A program made the translations under genes and the position numbers. Below, piece after piece: positions 42,723 to 57,362 of a stretch of DNA of 64,000 nucleotides (the first letter of the stretch is position 1; every line of letters begins with the position of its first letter). The stretch is from the NCBI GenBank assembly GCA_951406725.2, contig OX597818.1, positions 68,014,001-68,078,000 on the forward strand, in the 5' to 3' direction. Under the pieces are notes generated by a model. That model searched no databases. It worked only from the letters and a program-made list of their open reading frames with translations, and had not been told where the DNA came from. The stretch comes from Octopus vulgaris (taxonomy: Eukaryota).

Positions 42723-43244
42723 CATCATTTAACGTCTGTTGTCCATGCTGGCATGCGTTGGGGGGGTTTTACTGGGCTGGTACGCTGGAAAGCTGCAGCA
42801 GATTCCAGTCTGATGTGGCATGGTTTTATACGGATTGATGCCCTCTATAACGCCAACCCCTCGGAGAGTGTAATGGGTGCTTTTACGTGTCACCACCATG
42901 GCTGTTATGTGCGTGACACTGGAGTGCCATTTACGTAACACTAGGGTGCCACTTGCGTTACACTGGGGTGCTTTTACGTCCCAATTTGCGGGACACTGGT
43001 ATCTGCCACGACTGCGATATGCTCCGCTTGATGGGTTTTCTTAATGCCAAATATCTTGGCCATTATGTCCGTGAGGCCCAACACTCGATAGAAACTCAAC
43101 AGGTTTACCTCTACGAGGTCCAACGCTCGAGAGAAAATCTTGGGGAAATTTCGAACCTGGATCAGAGATCGGTACTTCTTTACATAGCTGTCCTCGTCTA
43201 TTTGCATCACATGCACATACCAGCACAGTCGGCTATCTTCAACA

Positions 43245-43280
<36 letters not shown>

Positions 43281-43323
43281 ACACATATATATATATACAT
43301 ACCACAGGCTTCTTTCATCATAT

Positions 43324-43457
43324 CCCCAAGACACCCGATGAAGGCTACAGGGTATATCAGCCGAAATGTTGTGTTAACAACAAACAAGATAAAGACAAAT
43401 ATCCGTCAAATGTAAATAATGTACATAATTCCTCTTCTCTTAAATATAGAACTGTAC
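43324..43457 (+). ncRNA. Degenerate Penelope-type minimal hammerhead ribozyme with downstream tail
   Basis: GACAC-CCGATGA-A-GGCT[..]AGCC-GAAA-T-GTT-GTGTT. Stem I (GACAC/GTGTT) and stem II (GGCT/AGCC) pair; there are two core deviations (CUGA>CCGA, GAAAC>GAAAU). Confidence 0.6.
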
Positions 43458-43664
43458 TATTTTCCAGTAGTCTCAACCACCCTTATTCCTATCAATCAAT
43501 CACTCCCTCTTACACTTTTCCAGTCCTCAACCTACCTTTCTCATTCTTCTTTGTCACCACTTTTCTATTTTCATTCGTGGACATGTTACCTTAAGTGTAA
43601 AGCTGCTACCAAGTACCTAGTCTACCCTTATCTACCAAGTACCTAGTCTACCCTTATCAGGTAT

Positions 43665-44195
43665 GAACTGGTATGAGCATGTGCCAAATGAAGTTATGCA
43701 GGAGGATGGAAAAGTAACGATACTTTGGGACTGTGATTTTCAGACGGATTGTGCAATCGAACACCATCGGCCGGATATTCTCATATTGAATAAGAGGGAC
43801 AAATATTGTTAGATAATTGACGTAGCCATACTAAATGACATGAATATTTTGAGTAAGAAGGTTGAAAAAGAGGATGAAAAAATCACCAACTGCTCCGAAT
43901 TGAAAGTTGAAATGGCAAGACAGTATGGAATGCAAGAGGATAATGTAAAAGTGATACCAGTGGTGATCAGAGCATTGGGCTGAACCCAAATGAAACTTCA
44001 AGACTTCTTAAAGCAACTGGAAATCCCTTGCAAGACTAATGTCTTGCAAAAAGCAGCCTTATTGGGCACAATGTGCACCTTAAGGAAAGTATTATCTGTC
44101 TGAGGTCCTTATTGTAACTTAACAGATGTCTAAAGACTCCGGTGCCTTTTTTTACTTACACTGTGTTTCGAAAGAATAATAATGATAATAATAAT
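43665..44195 (+). mobile_element. R4/Dong-clade LINE 3' end (restriction-like endonuclease) with (TAA)n tail
   Basis: WYEHVPNEVMQEDGKVTILWDCDFQTDCAIEHHRPDILIL..IIDVAI..KVIPVVIRALG..LQKAALLGT..LRKVL*, then a short UTR and (TAA)n. Confidence 0.88.
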
Positions 44196-46717
44196 ATGTT
44201 ATAAAGATTGCTGTAATTTTTTGTGAATGCAAATAGACAATAAGAAGAGCATGATGCAATTTGTGATGGAGATTGTCCATTTAACTGATTGAACAATATT
44301 TCAACAGATCATCTGTCTTCAGCAGGTTCAAAATGTAAAATGAAAAAACTGCAGTAATACAGAAATTCAAAGTATAAATGAAGAAATCCTGCGTTCCTAT
44401 TTAGATAAAGTGATGTCATTAGTTTTCTCTTTCATAACTGGTAAAAGGAAAAAGAGGAAAGAAAAAAGCAAAAAGAGAGAAAGAAGAAAAAATCGGAAAA
44501 GAACTACTTAGCTGAACAGTTTTGTGTAAATATGATGAAATACTCGTGTCATTTTAATCATTCCTCCAGTGCATGATACAAGTAATTCACAAATATATTT
44601 GTCCTCGTGCATTTTGAGGTCTGAAAGTGTAGTAGAGTCAGAATATTGTCTGAGAACTTGCAGCCGTTTATGTTAGTGATGACAGAAAAAATCCTTCAAG
44701 GTGGTCACATTTACACCATCAGTCACCGGCTCAGGCTATTGTTTATAAGAGTTTGGAGGTGGGTCAGCTTTATAGTGTTTACATATTTTCCAATGCAAAT
44801 ATTGCCTTACCCTATCATGGCAATTTATATGTTTGTTTGGCATCAGCCCAAGATCGAACGATCTATTTGTTTTCGGTTCTGAATGATATTAAGAGATGTT
44901 TCTGTGCATCAGTCAAACAAATCAGTCAAAAAGTTACGGAACCAGGTCCTTTCTGGAGTTTTCCATTTGTAAGATCTTCAACCAACATGCCTTAAATCCC
45001 TTGTTCCTATTACCTTTCAGTCTTTCTTTCTCGTTTTCTATCCAATCAACTGAAGCATTAAACCAAATTTCTTCTTGCTACATATTCTCTTCCAAATCTC
45101 CTCTACTTCCTCAATTTTCTATGGTTCTCTTCTCTCCATCTAACTTTTGCTAATTTCCCCATTAAACTGTACATCACTTTGAATATTTTGTTTTGACGAT
45201 AGAATTCGTTTTTCGCCTCATACCTTCTGCAGTTGGTTTTTAACTCTCTTCACTGTTTCAACAGTTCCTTAGTCACAAGCAAGTTTATAAGATCTTTGAT
45301 CTTATATTTTTGTTTGATATTATTCTTGCTTTTCTTGTTCTCATATTTACTCCTCTAGCAAGTTCACCAAGAACTTCTACTTCCGCCCACAGAAATTCAA
45401 TCTCATTCTGTATTTTTACTTTCTATTTAGGAAGTTTATTTAAATGCCTGGCCTCTTACTTTATAATCGTCATACCTTATAGAGTTGTTACCACTTTAAC
45501 AGCAGAGTATATAAGATTAGTAAAATCGTGAAATCCTTTTCCTTATCTTTTAAGACCAAACTCAGAGCAACGTTATACATCATAATCTTACTTCTATTCT
45601 TTCCTTTATGGTTTTCGATTAATTACCGCAGAAAACTCAATCTTGCATAGTTCTCATCATTATTATTATGCTTTGCTTAAGGTGGCGAGCTGGCAGAATA
45701 GTTAGCCCGCCAGACGGAATGCTTAGCAGTATTTCGTCTTCGTGTTCTGAGCTCAAATTCCACCGAGGTATACTTTGTCTTTCATCCTTTCGGGGTCAAT
45801 AAATTAAGTAATAGTTGAGTACTGCCATGCAGTGGGACTGAACCTGGAACCATGTAGTTGGGAAGCAAACTTCTTACTATACATACATACCTGCACATAT
45901 GATAAATATTGATGAAAGGCAATGGTACTGTAGATATTTTGTAGTATGAACAAGACCGGATTATAGCCAAGAAACATAACTGGATTATATTAACTCATTA
46001 GAGATGTAAGTGAGTAGAAAACCTTGTTAATAGCTAACATAATGGGAGAGAAAGTAAAGTAGAATAGACGAGAGAAGGATAGGGATGCAAATGAGAGAAA
46101 AGAAGAGTTAATGAGGGAGAGAATAGAAGCAATTAAATAAAGAGATTTATTTATTTCGTATAGAGAAGAGGCAAATACACTGAATCTTATTGTCTGAGAC
46201 CATTTCTGGTTGACTGGTACAAAATGTCTCCTGAGATGTTTTCAAGTTTCATTTAAACCTTTGCTCATTATTTTCAGTGGAAACCTCTTAGATTATGGTT
46301 CAAATAACAGTGTGGAGTGATAGGAAGATTCTCTCTTAAATTCTTCATTATTTTCTGTTTCAAATAAATTGCAAGATTTGTATAAATTTCTCCTAATATA
46401 AGGTGAGGATGAACAATGCCAATTTCGTGGAACATCCTAGAAGAAAGCTACAGTGAACACATTTGTGTGTATGTGTGAGTGCAAATGTAGGTATGAGTGT
46501 GTGAAAGAGTGCAGAATATATATATAATCAGCAGCAGCAGCATTATTACTATCATCATCATCGTTTAACGTTCACCTTCCATGCTGGCATGGATAGGATG
46601 GTTTGACAAGAGTCAGGCAGGCAGATACCTGCACCAGACTTATGTAACTGTTTTGGCAGGATTTTTGCAGCGGGATGCCCTTCCTAACACCAACCACTGA
46701 GCAGTGTGGACTTAGTG

Positions 46718-46781
<64 letters not shown>

Positions 46782-48429
46782 ATCAACAGCAACAGCAGCA
46801 GCAGTAGCACCACGTCTGCTTTACACGTTTGGTTAGAATGATCTCCAGGATCCAGTAAGTTGAAGAACCACTTCATACGCCAATGTTTTAGGTTTTGGCA
46901 TGGTTTCTACAGTCGGTTATCCTTTCTAATGCCAACCACATTCTATAGAGTGCAGATGGCTGTTTGAATAGAACCAGGACAAGAGTGGTGGGAAAGAAGA
47001 ATAGGAGAGAGTGAGAGGGGAGAGAGGGGCCTTTAGGCAAGAAGGTGAAAGATGAAGTATGGAAAGAGGAATATAATGTCATGAGTTAGTGAGAGAAAGG
47101 GTGTAAGAGCAACAACATAGCTTGTGTGGGGGACGGATTCCACATTATGGGATGAATATGGATGGAATATGTGGAAGTAAGGGGTCATAGAAAAGAGAAA
47201 TGTCTAAGAGTGATGAAGAATTAGAGGGAGGCTGTGAGGAGAAAAGTCATTGTTATTTAAAAGAATGGTGGGGTTCTTAGGATGTTGATTTAAGTTTGTG
47301 ATGAAGAAACATAACTTATCAAAGGTGCCCCTCTATTAGAATTAAACCCAGAACCTTTTGGTTGAGAAGGAAATTTCTTCAGCACTTGACTCTATATATG
47401 ACACATATTTAATCCTTAAATATTGAAATTTTAAATAAAGGTTCCCAAATCTTCTTGGTTTTTGTTGAATAAAATATATGAAACGAGAGGAGTTCATTAC
47501 AAGATCACTTGAGACTGGTTTTTGAAAATATGGTTTGCTAATTTCCTGTCAGTCCAGACTTCCAGGCTGTACCTCTTCTACCAAACAATATGCAACCATG
47601 TAGGGCAGATAATTTCTCTGACCACTGATTTCCTGGGCCGTTCTCTTGTTATCAACATCTGCTGTAAAAGTCGACAAGTATAAATGAAATGCTCACTACT
47701 TCACATATTGTTGATAAACTAGAGTGGTGTGAAGCTTTCCATATTTTAACGAAATGTTATGTAAGGGACCAGCGACAGAGCATTTAACGCAATTTGTCAT
47801 CTATGCACGTCGGTTGCGTAGGTTTCCCTAATTCTAACTGACAAATGACAATTCTACAATAAAAGGAAACTCATCAGAACATACTTCCAACCAATAAATC
47901 ATACATAAAATGTACCACAGCAATGCAGGAAATGAGAGCGTACATGAATACTGGCTCAGGTAGTTATTGTTGAAAAGATAAAGTGAAAGCATTCTGTCAT
48001 AAAGGAATGAAGCAACAGTAATATATGGAGGAGAAAGGCAATGATAAATGGCAGAAAGATTTAGCTTTACAAATATGTGTGTGTGTGTGTGTGTGTGCAT
48101 TGTGAAGTGGGTAGTTATTACACATACATCCATGTATAAGTATGTATGTACACACGTATGTATGTAGATATTGATAGATAGATACAATAACACACACACA
48201 CACACACACACATACATTCATATATATGTATATCTGTGTGTGTATATATGTATATACAGATAGATGCATACATATATATCTACATTTATACATACATATA
48301 AACATACATATAATATAATATAATGTAATATAATATAATATAATATAATATGATGCAATATAATGCAGTGCTCGATATACCTACGTTCGAGATGCAGAAA
48401 AAAGCATTTATCTCTTATGTTCTTTGATG

Positions 48430-48559
48430 TCTTTTACTCCTTTGACTGCGGCCCTGCTGGAGCACAGCCTTGGAAAATTTTAATCGAATAAATGGACCCC
48501 AATCACCAACACCAGTTGTCAAGCAGTGGTGAGGGACACAGACAAAAAGATACACACAT

Positions 48560-48598
<39 letters not shown>

Positions 48599-49100
48599 AT
48601 AACAAATGAAAGACAGAAGATGGAATATACAAGAATATATTATTAATTACAACAATTGTTTCGACACATCTTGCATCAATTCGTCTTGTGGCACACAAAA
48701 AAACTGGTTCCGGAGTGTCCGGGGTGCAGACGTATCTCGTCGGGTGATAAATAAATTTTAAAAACTCGTTAAAATGACAGTTCCAGTATGCAGTTTTTTG
48801 TTTTGTAGAGAGAAAAACAGCCGGACGGAGGGAAATTCTTCATATATATGGAAGATCCGAAAATAAAATTGCAGAAGACAAAAAGAGAAACGAATCCAGT
48901 GAGAAAATTATTGAAAATAACCGTTAACGGATATGGATGTATAAACATAAATACAATGGGCTTCTTTCAGGTCTCATCAACCAAATCCACACGAAAATCT
49001 TTCACCAGCCTGAGGCTATTGTAGAAGACACTTGTCCAAGGTGTCTCACAGTAGGACTGAACCCAGAATGATGTGGTTTGGAAGCAAACTTCTTGCCAAA
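48430..49100 (-). mobile_element. Decayed SINE family B interrupted by a Penelope-like terminal fragment (~48600-48950)
   Basis: Family B tail at 48430-48550 and head at 48955-49100; the insert carries a hammerhead-like fold. Confidence 0.65.
48640..48754 (-). ncRNA. Degenerate hammerhead ribozyme with extended stem II
   Basis: Reverse complement: TTATTTATCAC-CCGACGA-GATACGTCTGCA...TGCAAGATGTGTC-GAAAC-AATT-GTT-GTAATTAATAA; palindromic stem III AACAATTGTT. Confidence 0.6.
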
Positions 49101-51064
49101 GAAATCTGCTTGTTCATATCGAGAAAAATGTGGAGAAGATTTGTCCAGTTAGCTGTGTAATATTATTGACTATATTTCTATGGAGAAGGCTAGATTTGTA
49201 CTAATCTATATAGGGTGCTACCTGCTAGGTTTCTCTGTTGCCCCTCTTTGCAGTTTAATACCATTTACTAAGATGGCATCAAAGAAACGAGAGAAGTGGA
49301 GATTTATCAGTTACGGAATGGTCAAATATTCCTTCTCCTCTTCATTGTACCATGATTCTTGTATATTGAGGAACAACATTTTGATCTCTTCATACGCAAT
49401 CTTTTGCCATCATCCACATATTTCTATCTCTTTTCTCCTCTTTCCCTTCACTCTGCTTTAGCCATGAGGAATTGCACTGGTTCTGTTGCTCCCTCCATTT
49501 GCCCTCAAGAACTGCTAATGTTTTACATGAATCACATATATTCCTGCTCTGAAACAACAACCCAAGGATAAACTATTGAAGCTTCAGTATCTGAAAGTGG
49601 GTTTCAATAAGACAGCTCCCCAGCGTTCATTAAAAATTCATTAGTGAGAATTTACCTCATCTTCTATCAGCTCAAGTTAAGAAGATTAGATTTCTTTATG
49701 AATAATGTAAACAAACTATTACTAGTAGAAATAAATTTACATAATGGTTACAAGTTTAATGTCTGTGATTTAATAACAAATAATAGCTTTGAATAAATAT
49801 GTCACATACAAGATATTTAATATGCATATAACAAAAGACAAAACTTGCGAGGTTATGACTGCCAGAGCTCTTGTGGTTTATATAGGAGTTGTATTTTTAC
49901 AGCAAAATTAGATATTATTTAGCATTTTATATATAATTTCCTAGAGTTTGTGTTGTAATTCAGCCTCCTGAGCCCGCCAGCATAATCGTCCTTCTACCTA
50001 AATAGTGAGGGGAGCGTCAGTGCCATAGGCTGCCAGTGTATACCACATACAGATGCAAAGAAACAGCAGCTGCCACACCTCTAGGATGGAAGTAACTCCA
50101 AATAAGGGAATCTATTTTTTTAGCCATGTGAAATCTATATGTATTGTATTGAGTCGAAAGTTTTGCAGTATTTTGGTAACTAATCTGTTTTATTTGTCGA
50201 GTTACAACGAAAGGCTCCTAGCATTCCAAGTACGTGTTCCGTGGCCTAGTTGCAACATTTCATCAGCCGAGAAGAAGTGGAAGATTGAGAGAAGGAATTC
50301 TTCACTTCGAAGGACTGGAACTGGTACCAACGTGGAACCAAAGAACTGGCAGAAAGTTGACTTCTAGTTTGATTACTTAGCTTCTTGAGTCGTAACTTGA
50401 TGAATAAAGCATAAAACTTACCAAAATATTGCCAATCTTTTAGTATTAATCATATAAGGAATGAAGATATGACGAGATGGGCATGTTAGGCATGCAACCC
50501 ATGTAATTCCTCAAGTAAGAAGAGATAAAATTCAGAAAAGATACCAGTATCTAAATAAAACAAAATCCAGTTCACTCAACTTCATTAAATAGTTGGTAAA
50601 AAGAAAGAGTATCAGCTGTGAAAATTAAACGCAGAACGAAACAATAACCTGATTTTATTGACATTTTGTATGAAGGATATCAAATGTAAAGAAATGATAT
50701 CGAATATGAAAACAATGGGTACTGGGCGTATTTGCCATGTTTCGGGAGTCTTTGCTCCTTCATCCGCAACGATCCAACCCTTTAATTATCCACAAACACA
50801 TTCCTTAAATAGCCAATGAATATAGAAGTGGAATGTTATTGGATTAACCAATTCTGTATATATTAGACACATTCTTGGAAGCTGGTTGCACAACGAAATA
50901 CCGTCTGCCCGCAAGTCATTGAGAAGAGAGAAAGGAACAGATGTAAACAGGGGTTGCCTGAGTCGCAGTGCAGGCAACCCTCTGCGAAAAGGCAGGAATT
51001 CCAAACCAGAACCAATATGGGGGTAGAGGAGATACATCGGCCAACAGACAAGGTTTTACACAAC

Positions 51065-51067
<3 letters not shown>

Positions 51068-51095
<28 letters not shown>

Positions 51096-51197
51096 ACAAC
51101 GACCACGACGACAATGATGACAATGTTAATGAGACGATGATAACGATGATATCAACGATAATGATGATGATAATGACGACGATATCGACAACGATGA

Positions 51198-51296
<99 letters not shown>

Positions 51297-51533
51297 GGAG
51301 GAGGAGGAGGACGACGACGACGACGACGACGACGATGATGACAATGTTAATGAGACGATGATAACGATGATATCAACGATAATAATGATGATAATGACGA
51401 CGTTAACAACAACGATGATGATGATGATGGTGATGATGACGACGACGACGACGATGATGATGATGATAATGATGAGGAGGAGGAGGAGGAGGAAGGATGA
51501 CGACGACGACGACGACAATGACGATGATGACGA
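51068..51533. repeat. Compound (GAT/GAC/GAG)n tract with an internal higher-order duplication
   Basis: gacaatgttaatgagacgatgataacgatgatatcaacgataat at ~51119 and ~51340. Confidence 0.92.
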
Positions 51534-52326
51534 TAGGCTGATCAATACTGTGGCTCAGACGTACTCTGAATAACTATTTTCATTTTATCCTCCTGAGCTG
51601 AGTTGTAATCAGCAATCGTAACCTGAAGTGCCTCCCAATATGGCTAAAAATGCTAGAATTGTCCATGCGTTAGTTTGTGGTACACAGTAAATTCTACTCA
51701 CCTTAATTTAGATATTTTTTTATAAAGTTGGTGGTTATTCTGACTATGCTTGATCCGAAGGTTAGCAAAATCTTTTGAAAGGTCAGCGTAATACATTTAG
51801 CATTTTTTGATGAAAAGCAGGAAAATGACTGCTGTTAATATTTCAAACAACGTTCAACAGAAATATCAGATACAGACTGGTCTCATCAACATCAAAGACT
51901 GAGTGGAGTTGTTAAGTGGGATGCGGAGGATAATCAATGGAAATTTCTTTGGAAAAAAACTGATGGACTTGTTATCAATTTGGTCACATTTAGCTGTTTT
52001 CAGATTGAGCAGGAATTGTTTGTCTGGATGAGAGAAAATTTCGGTTACTTGACTCTGATGTCTAAGTGAACATGTGTGGTTGCACATGAGAAGAACCTCA
52101 CCCAGTTAAACATAATGTTAGAAATGTCTGGGTTCAGACACCACCTTCAAGAATTTTACTTGTACGAATAAACAACAATACTTATTATTTACTGAGCCAG
52201 GAACTTATTCCATCTGTCTGATTTTCTGAGCCATGTGGTATAAACACACAGAGACAAGTTGTGATGCTGGGATAGACGGCAAGCACTCACACAAGAGCAC
52301 ATATTATATATATATATATATATATA

Positions 52327-52370
<44 letters not shown>

Positions 52371-52656
52371 TAAAATTTCAATTGGCAAAATGACACATAG
52401 GTTACATTTGCCCAAGATCGCCTTGATTGTGTCGAGAACGATAAAAAAATTTGGAAAACTTTGCGTAGGACTTTGAGCAGGTATCGCCGAGCAGGAATTG
52501 TAGATTCTCCGCTCAAATTTCTCTGTCATGATCAATGTGACGATCATACGCTACACGCCTTTCTTCCAAGCACTGCTGTAAACAGCAGAAATATACTAGA
52601 ACGCTAAAACTTAGTGGGCATGAACAGCAGAGTTCATTAGACCTCATATATGCATA

Positions 52657-52718
<62 letters not shown>

Positions 52719-53045
52719 CATACATACATCTATACATATATTCATACATACTTACAAACGTGCATACATATATCGTGTACCATGTTCTCCGTCGTTGTTT
52801 TCTTTGTTTTGTCTTTGTTGTCGCACACAATCGCTCGCTTTCTTGCAAAGGAGTCAAATGCTCTTAGCTTAGACTTTTGGGGGCAACCAGACCGAACTAT
52901 CTCAAGTGTAACTACCCGAAATGGTCGTGACTTCTGGTACTTGACTTAGGAAAGAAAGCCTGACCCGTGCTGTTTCCCTTCTCTGCTTTTGCATCGTCTA
53001 TCTGTCCGAATGTTTTTATGTCCTCTATCGCATTTTTGTTCCTGT

Positions 53046-53080
<35 letters not shown>

Positions 53081-53081
53081 T

Positions 53082-53133
<52 letters not shown>

Positions 53134-55201
53134 ATATATGTGTGTGTGTATACATACACACACACACAGACGTATATATATACAATGTGCTTCTTCTTCC
53201 GTTTCCGTCTACCAACCCCATTCAGAAGACACATCCCCGTGGTGCTGGGAAGCAAACGTCTAACCCCTTAGCCATCTTTGCACCTATTTCTGTAATATCG
53301 ACACAGTGATATGACAGAGAATTTATGGCGACAGAGCATGCGATGATTACTTCACAAAAGAAATGTAGAAAATAGGAAGGATTTATATGATTCTTTAACC
53401 CTCTTCACCTACAAAAAAAATAGGAAGAAATTCTAAATAATACAGTCATTATACTTAGAAATTCTATATCTAATAGATGGGATTTCATTTCAAGTGATCT
53501 TTAATGCACTTCATTTTGATGAAAAGAAATTCCATGTTTTAAATTCTCTTGAATATTGTGACATAATTTTTTACAACTTCATTAATATTGTCAATAATTG
53601 CATTAGGTTAATTTGAAATTTTCATCATTTTCAAGAATAAGCAAACTGCTTTCTATTCATTTATAAATTCATTTTTAAGTGTTTAAATAAAGGGAATAAT
53701 TAATGCTTAATCTTCTCTGTGCTCTTCACTCAGAGATAAGTAATACCATAGTATATGCTGCATTCATCTGCATCCCTCTATCTCCGCCATCTCATGGATC
53801 TTTGCCCATCCACCCTTTAACACCACCCGTTTTGGCGCTCTGCCTCCCCAACTCCTCGTTCTCCTTCTTCCTATACAGACTTACACACTGCCCCCCCCAA
53901 CCCATACATCTCTATTCAGCTTGTGCCTTGTGGGGCCACCCGGCTACATCACCAACACAAACTAGCTCTTCCAGCCCCAACCAATTTTTTTCTCTCTTCC
54001 CTTTTACCATAATAGATGTGAATAGCCTCGCAGATCCCTCTACAAGAACCTACTGTCTCTCCTTAGTAATTCCCTCATCCCCGAGCACGAAGTTGTCCTC
54101 GACCTACCCTAACCCCTTCTATCTTTCCTGCTGTCCTTCTTGTTTTACTTCCTTTCCCATTCTTCAACTTGCTTTCTCTTCCATTCTTCTCTTTCCTCCA
54201 CTCAGCCTATTTTAAACATCTCAGTGTCTGCTTCTCAGCAAATCGCAACACTCTTCGCCTTCATTCTGATTCTCTTTCTACAAATTCCACTTACGTGACA
54301 CGTTCTGAAATTCCTATCCATCTTTCGTATCTTTAAGATGACAAAAGTCATATTTCTATTTTCATTTCAGTTAGTATTTTGTTGGTGATTACGTTTTAGT
54401 GAATAGCCTTAAATGTAACTCGCCATAATTTCTTTCTTTGCTCGTATGTTGTTGACCCGAAAGATCCAAGTATTTTCTTCGTAAATTCCTTCACTTCAGT
54501 GGCGTTTAGTGATATTTACAAGCATTGGTGCATCCAGAAGTGTGGTACCATTAATTTCTTCAGATTTGAAACATGACGAAATCACACTGATTTTTGTTCC
54601 TGTCGTTGTAACTGAAATGATGTATTCTGTGTTTACTCAGGCTTTTCTGTTAATCGCTTCTATTCTGCAATTACTCTCTTGTTATTCTCACTTTGTTTCG
54701 CTCATTATGTTCTCTCTTCTATTACCCTCATTCTCTGATTCGGTAAGGCCAGCAATTTGTTCATAGAATTTACCGAGGAGAAACGGAAACAGGTAAGAGA
54801 AAAAAACATTCTGTAGTCTTATAGGAGATAAAAATAACCTCTGGGTAAGCAGAGACAACATAATGCTCAGAAGACTAAGTAATCTTATCAGGGACGTCTC
54901 TAAGTTTCCACAATAAAATACACCCAGGATATTCAGTAAAAGGGGTAGGCATTACGAGGGTCTTCTAGGTAAAGAAATATCAAGAGGGAATACATGAGCA
55001 AGACATTTTCCTCTGATCTGCCCAGTAATACAAAATAAAACTAAGTTGGACTATGACCATTCCAGTCAAGAATTAAAATGAAACATTCAAATTACCCTCA
55101 CACGCACGCACACGCACACGCACAAACAAACAAACATATACACAAACACACACAAACATACACACACGCAAACACACACAGACACACACAAACATACACA
55201 C

Positions 55202-55770
55202 AAACACACACAAACACGCACACACGCAAACACGCAGAAACACACACAAACACACACACACGCAAACACGCAGAAACACACACAAACACGCACACACGCA
55301 AACACGCAGAAACACACACAAACACGCACACACGCAAACACGCAGAAACACACACAAACACGCACACACGCAAACACGCAGAAACACACACAAACACGCA
55401 CACACGCAAACACGCAGAAACACACACAAACACGCACACACGCAAACACGCAGAAACACACACAAACACGCACACACGCAAACACGCAGAAACACACACA
55501 AACACGCACACACGCAAACACGCAGAAACACACACAAACACGCACACACGCAAACACGCAGAAACACACACAAACACGCACACACGCAAACACGCAGAAA
55601 CACACACAAACACGCACACACGCAAACACGCAGAAACACACACAAACACGCACACACGCAAACACGCAGAAACACACACAAACACGCACACACGCAAACA
55701 CGCAGAAACACAGAAACACACACAAACATGCACACACGCAAACACGCAGAAACACACACAAACACACACA
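55202..55770. repeat. 36-bp CA-derived minisatellite, about 15 near-perfect copies
   Basis: Unit AAACACACACAAACACGCACACACGCAAACACGCAG; gives the 12-aa periodic ORFs. Confidence 0.95.
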
Positions 55771-56536
55771 CGCACTCCTCGGAATATTGAGGTGTAAAAA
55801 GAACGAAGTCTAAAGATCGAGAAGGATTATATGGTTTCCCGACACATTCTCCTTGAATGTAAAGACAAACATAGAAACTTCTTAGTCTTCGTAGATAAGC
55901 ATTTGCCTGATAGCCATAAGTATAAGAAAATCGTGAAAAGACGTTTCCGAAAAGCTTCTTGCGATTTCTGCTATAAGATATAAACCTTATCACACGTAAG
56001 AAAAACTAGGCACCCACTTCAAAATATAACTTCCGGAAGACACATTTCCCAACTCGACCAGGCATTCATGGTCAGGCACAGTCGATACGGGCCCACGTTA
56101 GCCTTTCTCCACCAACTATTGCCAATCCCCCATCTACAGAATCAACAATTATCACCTTTCCCTCTAAGCTGTCTTTTCTCGTTCCTTTCAGTTTTTCTTC
56201 GTTTCTTTGTTTTTTCTGGACCTTTCGCACTTTCTTTTAGCGGGCAGCCATGACTATTTTAAGACTGAACGATTGCAGTTTAGTACACGGCCTTGCTAAG
56301 CAAGATCATCCAATTATTGTACTTTCCAAGCACGAAACTTATAATAGCTCACATCTAAATCTGTTTATTAAGATATATATATCTATATATCTTAATATAT
56401 ATATCTTAATATGTGTGTGTGTATGTGTGTGTGTGTGCGCGCGCTTGAATGAATGTAAATGTATATATAATATATATGTATATTTACGTATATATACATA
56501 TATATATGTATGTATATGTATGTATATGTATGTATG

Positions 56537-56567
<31 letters not shown>

Positions 56568-57301
56568 ATGTATGTATGTATATATATATATATGTGTGTG
56601 TGTGCGTTTGTGCGTGAGTATGTGTACATATACACACACATACACACACAGCTTTGCATTTATAAAATGCGATGTAGTTGTAGCTCATATTATGAATGCA
56701 TTTGTGCATATGTGTGTGTGCATGTTTTTATATGTATGTCGGTATGTGTATACAATTGTATGTTTCTGTGTGTGGCTTAGTGAGTAGGTACAGGACTGCA
56801 GACATGTATGAATATTTAAAATTCTTTGTGTGATTTACCTGTTGCAGGTTGAGGTATGTCTATATATTTTAGTGTATGCATATTTCCTTGTAGATATATT
56901 CTTGTATAATGCAGCTGTATTTAAACAATTACATTATTTATCAAACCAAGTCATTACGTATTAACATTGTTGCATACATTCCTGTATACGAGTCAATACA
57001 GACGCTACTCTTTTATAGTCACATATATTCAAATAAAAACATTTTAGGCCCTTAAACGAGCCTGCGCTTATAGTTTATGTTGGTGGATAAATGTTAGTGC
57101 CTGGTATATATATCAGTTCTTATAATACCTTACATCTCAATAGAATTGGTATATTTAATATATATATACAACTTATAAATAAGGGCAAAAGAATACAATT
57201 CCCATCCCAAATATGCCGAGAAATAGATTTTATATAGTCAATAACCACATATAATTCTTCACTGAAAGCACGCCTCTGTGATGAATCATGTGTGTTTATT
57301 G

Positions 57302-57362
<61 letters not shown>

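Noticed and set aside
43607-43658. 26-bp tandem duplication TACCAAGTACCTAGTCTACCCTTATC
   Set aside because: Simple local duplication at a LINE truncation junction; no further structure
53703-54215. 170-aa ORF possibly derived from a Penelope GIY-YIG end (similar hint at 55950-56160)
   Set aside because: Only a faint NTIVYA resemblance in pyrimidine-rich sequence; not supportable without a profile search
55073-55993. Long ORFs (225-306 aa) and a superficially CRISPR-like 36-bp periodicity
   Set aside because: Head-to-tail minisatellite with no unique spacers and no cas genes; the ORFs are repeat translations
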